Shown here piece by piece: positions 27,001 to 34,949 of a stretch of DNA of 64,000 bases (position 1 is its first letter; each line of letters starts with the position of its first letter). Below the pieces are notes generated by a model that did no database searches, had not been told where the DNA came from, and saw nothing but the letters and a program-made list of their open reading frames with translations. The position numbers and the translations under genes were made by a program. The DNA is from an uncultured virus (IMG/VR IMGVR_UViG_3300044733_004146) (Duplodnaviria > Heunggongvirae > Uroviricota > Caudoviricetes): the IMG/VR virus record IMGVR_UViG_3300044733_004146; one strand, written 5' to 3'.

Positions 27001-28649
27001 GCGGAATGCAGGACGTATTGCAAGCAGAAAAAACAGCTTCTAATACCTATGCACAAGTATTGGCCGCAAGGCGCGAGGTTGAGCAGGCGCGGAGAGCAAG
27101 AGCATTGGCTGTTCAGCAACAACAACAGCGAAGCCAGACAACACGACAACAGTTGCAAACAGTTGATCTCAGTGCTCAAGAAGAAGGAGCTGGTGGCAAG
27201 AAGCTGCAGCCCTACGATCAGAGTCGGCTGGAAAATATTGAAAAAGTTGTTGAAAAACACAAGCAATATTTAGATGGATTGCTACTGGAAGAGCAAATTA
27301 GTCGCACAAGGTATGACATTGAAATTGCGAATTTAAATGCATTAAAAGAGGAAGCTTTTGCAGCAGAGCAACTTCGTCTCAACAAGTTGCAGATAGATCG
27401 CGACAATATGAGCGCTGCAGATAAGAACTTGCGTAGATATGACTTAGAGCGAAATTATGAAATTGAATTGACAAATATAGCTGATAGGAGAAATTATGCT
27501 TTAAAAAAAGCAACAGAAGATATTCGCGGCCCCTTCAAAGATGCAATACGTGATGCAAACATTGAAATTGAAAAGTCCACAACTGAAATTGAAAACTTAC
27601 GGCGCGGCTATGCTGGTCTAACGCCAGAGCAGCAGGCTAATTACCGCATAGAAGAATTAACCAAAAATTTAAAAGCGGATCAATATCGAATCATTAAGGA
27701 TGAAATTGAAGCAGCGCGAGAAAGGCTTAGGGTGCAAGCGGAAACAAATCAGTTGCTAGAGCAAGAAAGAAACCTGTCTCAAACACGTGCTCAAATTGGC
27801 ACTGCTGGCCAGGGACTTATGGCTGGTTTTTATGGAAGTGCAGCGCAAACATTTGAAAATGCGCTTATGCAATCCAATGGAGACCGAGGATACGCCACGC
27901 AAATGGCTGAGTTAGAAACGCAATCCATGCGTCTTCAGACAGTCTTTGGTGGCATTCAAAACGCCATTGGCGGCATTGGTGATGCTTTTGGCACATTAAT
28001 GACTGAAGGCATTGCTTCGATGATTGAAGGCACGGCAACGGCCCAAGAAGTGTTTAGTGGCTTCTTAAACGCCATTGGGCAGGCATTACAGCAAGCAGCA
28101 GCGCAAATGATTGCCACTTACATCGCCATTGGCATTGCCCGTATCTTTGCTGGTATGGGAGGCGGCGGCGGCGGACTTGAAGCCAGAAATGCTTCTGGCA
28201 ATGCGGCATTTATGGACAGAGTGGGCAAGCTGGACTTGGCCGGGAGTTCCTACGCAAATGGCGGAATAGCGGTTGGTGGCTTTAAAGCGTTTGCTAATGG
28301 TGGCGTGGTTCAAGGCCCTACTCTTGGTCTGGTGGGCGAGGGCAAGTACAACGAAGCTATTGTGCCGCTGCCTGATGGTCGCTCCATCCCTGTGCAAATG
28401 CAAGGCGATAGCATCCGCGACAAGATGGGAGGCAGCTCCAACGGAGGCGCCATGGCTTCTCCAGTGTTGTCCATGAACTTTGAGACTACCACTATCAACA
28501 ATGTGGAATATGTCAGTAGGGATCAATTAGAGCAGGCTATGATGGAAACACGTAAGCTTGCCGTTCGTGACGGAGCACGGCAAGGAGCCAATTTGGCCAT
28601 TGATAAGCTTCAGCAAAGTCCCACCACTCGTCGGAGGATTGGCATTTAA
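24078..28649 (+). CDS. Tape measure protein
   Basis: 1523 aa, Ala/Gly-rich and helical. AFAQMASKGQIMSEELKGQLGD, LKISSPSK and FANGG..GPTLGLVGEG..EAIVPL. Confidence 0.93.
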   Translation: MAAQDAELKLKVSLDLAFFRQQLSGLGQAAAGYKIPVQVQFDRRSVQNELNTLGRNISQRTYRLNVQTNLDAEIDKAKKLAAALKNVSAGGSGAIPRQSGTFRQELTGIGDVNTLRSLYREAARKGLLAFDEEVNASKSKIITALNQAAQEASQGFLDAFSKENSRVRKAAGEYGQVLLAGLKKTLKISSPSKEMFDIGDDAGKGFELGLLKALDIAEQSASRKMRRMLDRLARMALMMGGMSTTDINRQAGQTRGAGLPGPSWAATVPPSQGGGYGGGRMLPPGPTFPALGGTAFGAQKYLPTALSDELKKILRGAAYAFVDSLKQQTRGVKIGLGATQQPLLTGGRIAGLLPAGVGRQPSVYSTGKIGVETQSQLFARREREARMRSALREVDVLGATNRGAQPYNYAYRSARPLSAIVPYAAGGALVPGGGGGGNQGEGGGGGNVPPGGGFRNAMGFGPDPSKINLDIFQKARLPLAGAIGEVASEFANATKQVLLFGTAYKGLAFFMDLPNQAFQATKALATYKNQLQAVTSASGTFEQSFAFVDTLATRFNVPLDSARQGFVKLYASMQPAGFDQGQIEGLFTGIAKAAAAFGLSSDKVDRVNYAFAQMASKGQIMSEELKGQLGDVLPGALGLFAEAAQMSIPEFSKAMEDGAFKGKAMEQVLGNVAILLNEKFSAAATGAANTLQGAVNQIQNNLKLMYESMGPIVDQFASAFGPQVNSLLADVTSAMKALTATIYPGSDVIATMTPRAASLFVTLRELGESAQAAGKNISSFASSLQIFVAPLIAATRAALDFISLPFVARVGLYAAILASLNGAFQLLARTGIIQATIAMVQFAASFNIAQIGVYIAGIRTVIAVLASMITTANLARLAIMALKVSLVTLGVGVVLTALDAVAQRLLNIDNAAKSGKQSVKEFAQELDRIAASGDIESATRQYLDANTKLAQARAANQKALRDLSLARVLPADEGGGMQDVLQAEKTASNTYAQVLAARREVEQARRARALAVQQQQQRSQTTRQQLQTVDLSAQEEGAGGKKLQPYDQSRLENIEKVVEKHKQYLDGLLLEEQISRTRYDIEIANLNALKEEAFAAEQLRLNKLQIDRDNMSAADKNLRRYDLERNYEIELTNIADRRNYALKKATEDIRGPFKDAIRDANIEIEKSTTEIENLRRGYAGLTPEQQANYRIEELTKNLKADQYRIIKDEIEAARERLRVQAETNQLLEQERNLSQTRAQIGTAGQGLMAGFYGSAAQTFENALMQSNGDRGYATQMAELETQSMRLQTVFGGIQNAIGGIGDAFGTLMTEGIASMIEGTATAQEVFSGFLNAIGQALQQAAAQMIATYIAIGIARIFAGMGGGGGGLEARNASGNAAFMDRVGKLDLAGSSYANGGIAVGGFKAFANGGVVQGPTLGLVGEGKYNEAIVPLPDGRSIPVQMQGDSIRDKMGGSSNGGAMASPVLSMNFETTTINNVEYVSRDQLEQAMMETRKLAVRDGARQGANLAIDKLQQSPTTRRRIGI

Positions 28650-28654
28650 TTATC

Positions 28655-29095
28655 ATGGCTAATTTCCCTTCAATCAAGCCTACGAGCCGCAGTTTTACGT
28701 TGGGTGAATATCCCACAAAGATTTATCGTTCACTGTCTGGCAAGACGGTTCGTCGTAGCTTTGGTAATCGGCCATTTGGCGCCACATTGGAACTGACGTT
28801 TGAAAACGTTGACGAAACTGTTTTGTCTCTGATTTATGCTCATTACCATGGGCAACGCGGCAATACTGAAGGCTTTTTTCTTTCCAACGAAACACTTGCT
28901 GGCCTTGATAGTTCTTCTAATACGTTTGCCCAGTTAAAAGCCGGCGATCCTTATATTATTTTGCAACAAGCTGGCATTGGAAGCGGAAGTCCTACAACTA
29001 TGCTTTGGTTTTACGAAAGTGCCCCTGAAGTGGAAAGCACTTACAGAAATCTAAGCACCATCAGCTTAAAGCTTGTTTCTGAGTTTGCACAATGA
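28655..29095 (+). CDS. Distal tail / minor tail protein
   Basis: Immediately after the tape measure gene. MANFPSIKPTSRSF N-terminus. Confidence 0.65.
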   Translation: MANFPSIKPTSRSFTLGEYPTKIYRSLSGKTVRRSFGNRPFGATLELTFENVDETVLSLIYAHYHGQRGNTEGFFLSNETLAGLDSSSNTFAQLKAGDPYIILQQAGIGSGSPTTMLWFYESAPEVESTYRNLSTISLKLVSEFAQ

Positions 29096-29631
29096 GCACA
29101 TTAAGAATTGTTCAATATTTTGATTTGTTGGCAATGACTGAAAGCGCTCTTACGGCGCAAAGTCTTGCTGGGCTAAACCAAACTGATACGATTACTCTGG
29201 GAGATTCGCCAAACACTGTTTACCATCGTTATCAAAATTTCTTTGTCAACGAAACAAAAATCTTTGAAGGGCAGCAATATGCGTTTGCGCCTTTCAGAGC
29301 GGAAGGCACTGTGAGCAATCTTGGTGGCGATAATACTCTGTTGCAAGTGCTATTTCCCAATGTGGAAGTGGCAGTAAGGCTGGTTGAGCAGGGCAATGGG
29401 AATAGGCTTAGTCGTCTGGTGCTGACCACGCAATGGCTTAATGCCAATTTTTCTCCTGTCAAGACATACCAAGAAAGATATGTGGGCATTGGAGCCGCAT
29501 TCTCCGATACCACCATTGAACTTCGTTTTAGAAGCGCTATGGACAGCGTGGGCACTCAGTTTCCGGCAAGACAACTGAATAGGAATCTTGTAGGCTTATT
29601 GCCGTTAAGCGCTAATGTTTCTTTGCAATGA
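29092..29631 (+). CDS. Minor tail protein (lambda gpL position)
   Basis: YAFAPF, and SAMDSVGTQFPAR near the C-terminus. Confidence 0.6.
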   Translation: MSTLRIVQYFDLLAMTESALTAQSLAGLNQTDTITLGDSPNTVYHRYQNFFVNETKIFEGQQYAFAPFRAEGTVSNLGGDNTLLQVLFPNVEVAVRLVEQGNGNRLSRLVLTTQWLNANFSPVKTYQERYVGIGAAFSDTTIELRFRSAMDSVGTQFPARQLNRNLVGLLPLSANVSLQ

Positions 29632-30020
29632 TTGACTACAGCGATTTAATTGGTCTTAAGCATAAATACGCAGCCCGTCCCAGCGAGGGCGAGGGTTTTA
29701 CTGACTGCTGGCTTTTGTGCATGGAAGTGAGGAAGCGCTTAGGGCTTAAACATTTAGAAGAAGCATGGCCTTTCGTCTATAGAGACTACGCAGAAGAAGA
29801 GCTGACCATTCGCAGAATTCTTAGATGGCTTTTAACGCTGGGTGAAAAAATTACTGATCCTCGTCCAGGCGCCATGTTTTATTTGCCAGGAGCAAAATCG
29901 TTGTTGGCAATGGCTGTCGTTGCTGATGATGGTAATTGTTTGTTTTTATCGCCAAGTAAGATGGTAGTAGCAGCGCCTGTTTCATTGGTGCGGCCAAAAT
30001 ATTATTTTTGGGCAGATTAA
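29628..30020 (+). CDS. NlpC/P60-like tail assembly protein (gpK-like)
   Basis: DLIG..H....TDCW motif. Confidence 0.7.
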   Translation: MIDYSDLIGLKHKYAARPSEGEGFTDCWLLCMEVRKRLGLKHLEEAWPFVYRDYAEEELTIRRILRWLLTLGEKITDPRPGAMFYLPGAKSLLAMAVVADDGNCLFLSPSKMVVAAPVSLVRPKYYFWAD

Positions 30021-33000
30021 TGAGCGATCCGCAGCGCCGTCTTCTTCCTTATGAGCATCAATTAATTGAAGCTCTTGGCATTACAAAAGAACAATATTTA
30101 GACTTTGTTGCTCAACAGCAAATCTATAGTGATCCGAAAGAAGGCACTGTTTTAGACGCTAGGAACTGGGAAGTCGTCGCAATTGTCTTGGCGGTGGTTG
30201 GCATCATCTTTCAAGTGGTGTCGGCCTTAATTGCTCCCCAACCACAAGCACAGGCTCCTCGTATTAGCGGCCAGCAAGGGGGCGGTGGCGTAGCGTCTTC
30301 TCGTGATGAAATATTTGCTCCGCGTTTTGGCTTCAACACTCAGCAGCAGCTTGCTGCCTATGGCGATCCTATCAACCTCGTCTATACCAACACCGACACC
30401 AATCCATCAGGAGGTGTTCGCGTAGCCACTTCATTAATTTGGTCGGCAATTTTAAGCTACGGCAATAGTCAGCTTGTTCGACTTATGTTTGTCCTATGCG
30501 CTGGTGGCATTGGTCGCATTGACGAAGAAAAAAGCGCTTTCGGCCAAACTGCCTTACGTGATTTAGTTGCACAAAATTATTGGTTATATTTTGCGCCAAA
30601 TTACACTGGATTTCTACAAAATAGTCACGTGAGGCCAGCGTTGAATGGTCTCACCGTCTCTGATCCAACCACCCTTGGATCATCTAATGCCAATCCTTAT
30701 TTAGTAAGGTCTTCATCCAATGGCACTTCCGAAGGATTTAGTCATTGCTATTCTCCTTCTACGGCTAATGTTTTCGGCATTTACGGCGCAGTGCCTATTA
30801 ATGTACAAATTCGCATTAGAAACGCTGCAGGGTATTTTGAAGACGCTATTAATGGCGTGCAAATGTCAGTGGCTGGGCAAAATGGTTATACAGCTCGTCA
30901 AACCATTCCAATTAATACTGATGTTGTTGTTCAATTATTACAAGCCTCTAGCGCAGATGAAGGGCTTGCCCCGGAGGAGGCAAAAGATTCAAGGCGAGTA
31001 TTGGTGTCAGTGTTTGACAATTCCGGCGTGTTTAAATTTGGCTCAACCAAATTGAAGGCTATTTCGGCTAATCGTGGAGATATTATCGATGGAGGAATGG
31101 TTGTTAACTTAAAAGCAGTTGAACAAGGTCGGGCACATTCTGTTAACTATGGAACAGATATGGCAGAAGGCGTAGATTTCGCCAATGCTATTGCTGACAC
31201 ACCAACAGGAGAAAAGCGAAGAGCATGGGAAGCGGCAAGGAGCGTCACAAATAGTTTATTGAGTCAAGATGCACGTCCTGAAATTAATAGCGCCCAAGCA
31301 TTGTTAAATGATGGGCGTATTTATAGCTATGGCATTACGGGATACAGCTCTTATCAAGAAAGAAGGAGGCGCTTGGTGGGTTTCCGTGGCTACTCAGCAT
31401 GGGAATACTACACCGCTACCGTAACAACGCCTAATTATGGCTACATCTTTCAAAGAAATATAACAAGCGAAGAAAGAAACGCTTTGCAATCTTATATTTC
31501 ACTCAATTCCACCGTGGGAGACGATGCTCTTTCCGGAATACAAGCAGATTTGTTTTACACCAAAGCGCTTGTTCGCATTGAAGAAGCTTCTTATGAAACA
31601 ATTTCGCCCTGCAATCTTGTTGATTTTTCTTTAAAGGCTCGCGTATTTAAGCGAGTTAATGGGCGTCAAGAAGAATATGGCTCTAGCAGGGTCGGAAGTG
31701 GCTATAGAAGTGCTGACAATGGTTTGAAATATCGCTCAATGATGTTTTTGATTAAAGTTAAAAGAGCGCAAGATTCTTCGTATACCACTGCTCCTGCAAT
31801 TTTTGTAGTGCGTCGCAGTGCTGACATTGAAAACTTTATTTATCTGCGCTTTCGTAGTGGCACTTCTGGAGCAGTTAATGCACAACAATGGCAATTTAAA
31901 TTTGAGCCTGTTTATGACGTTGCTTCTGAAATTGTTTCCAAACCTCAATTGGTAAACAGTAATGGTGAAACCATTTATTGTTATCTAGAAAATACCGGCA
32001 ATGAAGCAAGTCTTGCGCTAGGGAGCAATATATATACTGGGGCATTTTTTGATTTCATTGGAACAGTGCGTACTTCTGTACTATTTCCAGCAGTCAACGA
32101 ACAACCTGCTGGTCTGAATGAATGGGACGTATTTAGCAATACATCTGATTCGCAAATTCAGTTTTCGTTTGACAATGGCCCAGAAATGTCATTGGCGGCA
32201 GTTACTGAACAAATCATTGATCCATATAGCAATTATTCGGGGCTTTATGACAATATTTCGCTAATTGGCCTCAATATGTATTCAGGCAAGAGCGTGCAAG
32301 ACTTGCGCTCGTTTAGTGTGTTTGCTGAGCAAGGACGCTTGTCGCGCCTTCTCCGCACTTCAGGCACTGTTGGTGGCATTGGATGGGGACAGCCGGGTTT
32401 CCAATATTTGTCCGACACTGCCAATGGCTATGCCAACACTGCCCCTGATATTTTTGTTGATACTGTTTTAGACGTGCAAGATGGCATTGGTCGCCATGCT
32501 TCCATCCATTCCATTGATCTTGAACAATTAGCTAAGAGCAAGAAATTCTGCGAAACCAATTCATTGTTTATGGATGGCCTTATTGCTGAGCCATCTTCGT
32601 GGAGGCAATTTTGGGCGCAATTTGCAGCTTTTAGTTTGCTGGAGCTTGCCAAGGTTGGAGGACAGGATGTTTTGATTCCGGCTGTGCCCTATGTGCCCAC
32701 TACTGGCGCCATCACTCGCACCATTCCCATCACTGCATTGTTTAACCAAGGAAATATTATCGAAGAGTCTTACAAGGAAGAGTTTATTGATTACGGCGAA
32801 AACACGCAAGACATGATTGTGACAGTCATCTACCGCAAAACTGATAACACTGGAGTGTTTAATGTTAATACAAGCGTGGATGTGCAGCTTGCTGATGTTG
32901 TCGAAGAAAGTGCCGCCCGAAAGACTATTGATGCTTCGGCATTTGTTACCCGCCGGGATCAAGCAATTAAGCTCGGCAAATTTTTATGCAACAGCAAGCG

Positions 33001-33499
33001 CTATTCGCAACGAGCCTGTGAGTTTAAAACCTTTCCCACTGATAGCCCAGTGTTTCCTGGTGCTTATGTCTATGTGGAACTGGCGCATAACCAGTGGGAT
33101 GGCATCTATACGGGCATCATTGAAGATGGCGGATTCTTGAACATGCCCATTACTGCCTCCATCCCCAACGGTTCTTCTTATTCAATGCTTATTTATTCGC
33201 CCGATGGAGGAGCATCGTCCACTCAGTCTTTCACTGGTGTGACCATTGGAAACAATCGAGCAAGTATTGCCGGCAACACCAATGCCTTCCAAAACTACGT
33301 GGGTAAGCTTTTCGTGGTGGGCACAGTGGTTAACAATAAGCGTATTTTCCGCGTGACGGAAGTGCAGATGGACGAAGAGGGAGAGGTGACTGTACGTGGT
33401 GTGCATCACGCTACTGACGCCAATGGCTTGTCGTTAATTTCTCGTGGCATTGTAGAAAACATTTCCGGACTATTCTTAATTGATGGACGACCAGAATAG
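30020..33499 (+). CDS. Tail tip / host specificity protein (gpJ-like)
   Basis: Large ORF with YGDPINLVY, FMDGLI, LFNQGNI and FRVTEV. Confidence 0.75.
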   Translation: MSDPQRRLLPYEHQLIEALGITKEQYLDFVAQQQIYSDPKEGTVLDARNWEVVAIVLAVVGIIFQVVSALIAPQPQAQAPRISGQQGGGGVASSRDEIFAPRFGFNTQQQLAAYGDPINLVYTNTDTNPSGGVRVATSLIWSAILSYGNSQLVRLMFVLCAGGIGRIDEEKSAFGQTALRDLVAQNYWLYFAPNYTGFLQNSHVRPALNGLTVSDPTTLGSSNANPYLVRSSSNGTSEGFSHCYSPSTANVFGIYGAVPINVQIRIRNAAGYFEDAINGVQMSVAGQNGYTARQTIPINTDVVVQLLQASSADEGLAPEEAKDSRRVLVSVFDNSGVFKFGSTKLKAISANRGDIIDGGMVVNLKAVEQGRAHSVNYGTDMAEGVDFANAIADTPTGEKRRAWEAARSVTNSLLSQDARPEINSAQALLNDGRIYSYGITGYSSYQERRRRLVGFRGYSAWEYYTATVTTPNYGYIFQRNITSEERNALQSYISLNSTVGDDALSGIQADLFYTKALVRIEEASYETISPCNLVDFSLKARVFKRVNGRQEEYGSSRVGSGYRSADNGLKYRSMMFLIKVKRAQDSSYTTAPAIFVVRRSADIENFIYLRFRSGTSGAVNAQQWQFKFEPVYDVASEIVSKPQLVNSNGETIYCYLENTGNEASLALGSNIYTGAFFDFIGTVRTSVLFPAVNEQPAGLNEWDVFSNTSDSQIQFSFDNGPEMSLAAVTEQIIDPYSNYSGLYDNISLIGLNMYSGKSVQDLRSFSVFAEQGRLSRLLRTSGTVGGIGWGQPGFQYLSDTANGYANTAPDIFVDTVLDVQDGIGRHASIHSIDLEQLAKSKKFCETNSLFMDGLIAEPSSWRQFWAQFAAFSLLELAKVGGQDVLIPAVPYVPTTGAITRTIPITALFNQGNIIEESYKEEFIDYGENTQDMIVTVIYRKTDNTGVFNVNTSVDVQLADVVEESAARKTIDASAFVTRRDQAIKLGKFLCNSKRYSQRACEFKTFPTDSPVFPGAYVYVELAHNQWDGIYTGIIEDGGFLNMPITASIPNGSSYSMLIYSPDGGASSTQSFTGVTIGNNRASIAGNTNAFQNYVGKLFVVGTVVNNKRIFRVTEVQMDEEGEVTVRGVHHATDANGLSLISRGIVENISGLFLIDGRPE

Positions 33500-33536
33500 A
33501 CTATGTATAGAATGTAATTATTACTGATCAAGGACC

Positions 33537-34019
33537 ATGGCATTTTATACGGGGCGCTCTGGCAGCTTGTCCTTCGGCACCACTGATAGCACTTCTCCGT
33601 CTAGTGCATTGACAGCTCCGTCAAACGTTCGGGAAGTCGCCAAAATTCGTGACTGGTCGTTAGATACTACTGTGGAATTGATTTCCACTAATTCCATTGA
33701 TAGTGGCGTGAATACATTTACGCCTGGCATTAAAGGGGCCACTGGTAGCGCCACGCTTATTTACTATCGGCTAGAAGGCAATGAATCAACAACAAAGTTT
33801 TCGTTTGTTGACTTGTTAACCAACAGCATCATGAAAACCGGCAATATTACTGAAGCAGATCGCTTGTTCTTTGAACTCAACACTGGTGGTGGCGCCTCAG
33901 ATGATATTAAGTTTTGGGGCTACATCACTTCCGCCGGCGTGGCAGTGTCTACTGGCGAACTTTCTACTGTTCCCATTCAATTTACGATGGATGGCGATTT
34001 CGTGGAAGTGCTGAGCTGA
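33537..34019 (+). CDS. Tail-tube-like protein
   Basis: MAFYTGRSGSL...IRDWSL...GIKGATGSATL...IQFTMDG. Confidence 0.6.
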   Translation: MAFYTGRSGSLSFGTTDSTSPSSALTAPSNVREVAKIRDWSLDTTVELISTNSIDSGVNTFTPGIKGATGSATLIYYRLEGNESTTKFSFVDLLTNSIMKTGNITEADRLFFELNTGGGASDDIKFWGYITSAGVAVSTGELSTVPIQFTMDGDFVEVLS

Positions 34020-34023
34020 TTTT

Positions 34024-34899
34024 GTGACTTTTTTCGCGGGCCATACTGGTTATATTCGCTTGCGAAGAAATTCGCAGGTGGTATCGTTTACGAGTGAAAT
34101 TAGTCCTAGCGATGTTAATACTGTTTTAAATAGGCTTGGTTTTCGCGGAAGTTTAGAAAACTTGCTCACTGGTGATCGCATTGTCATTTCGACGGCTGAT
34201 CCGCGCAAGCTATTGTGCTTTCCCGCCTCAACATGGCCCAATGTGCTGCAAGTACAAGAATCTTTGGCTGCCTATGTCAATGTAAATTTATATGGCGGCC
34301 TTAGGTTTTTCCGCACCTTTGAAGATGCAGTGAATAACAATAGAGCTGGCGAGTTGCCTTTGGAAACTTTTGTTGGCGATCCATTGCCCATCACGGTTGA
34401 AATTGAAGACACCAATTTTGAAACCTTAGGAAGCGTTACTAATTTTGAATTTCAAACAGAACGAGAAGCCATTGAAACCACATCGTTAAATGATAAATTC
34501 AAGCAACAATATAGTGCTGGCCTTATCAGCGGAAGTGGCAGCATTGACGCCCTGTTTAATTTAGACGTGGCGGCTTCGCAGGAAACATCTCTGTTGCTGC
34601 TTCAACTAATTCAGCGCGTAGAAATTGGAAGCGGGTTTAAGGCTGAATTGTTCCTAACCAATGAACTGGTATATGGAAGCGACTTAGATGTGTTTTATTC
34701 TTTCGATGCAGTGATAACTAGAGCAGGCGTAGAGGTGGGCGCTGACAGGATTATCAATGTTTCCATGGACTTCTTGTCCACTGGTGAAATTCAATTGAAA
34801 GTGGGCAAGGCTGAAAGCGAACTGCGCCTGCAAGATGGTGGTCGTATTCTTCTTAAGGAATTTGACGTGGATAGTCTGCTATTGGAAGTGAATGATTAA
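34024..34899 (+). CDS. Tail-tube-like structural protein
   Basis: C-terminal half REAIETTSL...GLISGSGSID...MDFLSTGEI resembles the preceding gene. Confidence 0.55.
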   Translation: MTFFAGHTGYIRLRRNSQVVSFTSEISPSDVNTVLNRLGFRGSLENLLTGDRIVISTADPRKLLCFPASTWPNVLQVQESLAAYVNVNLYGGLRFFRTFEDAVNNNRAGELPLETFVGDPLPITVEIEDTNFETLGSVTNFEFQTEREAIETTSLNDKFKQQYSAGLISGSGSIDALFNLDVAASQETSLLLLQLIQRVEIGSGFKAELFLTNELVYGSDLDVFYSFDAVITRAGVEVGADRIINVSMDFLSTGEIQLKVGKAESELRLQDGGRILLKEFDVDSLLLEVND

Positions 34900-34949
34900 T
34901 CGAGAGATGGCAACGGTTAGAATTCTTTTAATGGCATTAATACGGTAAG

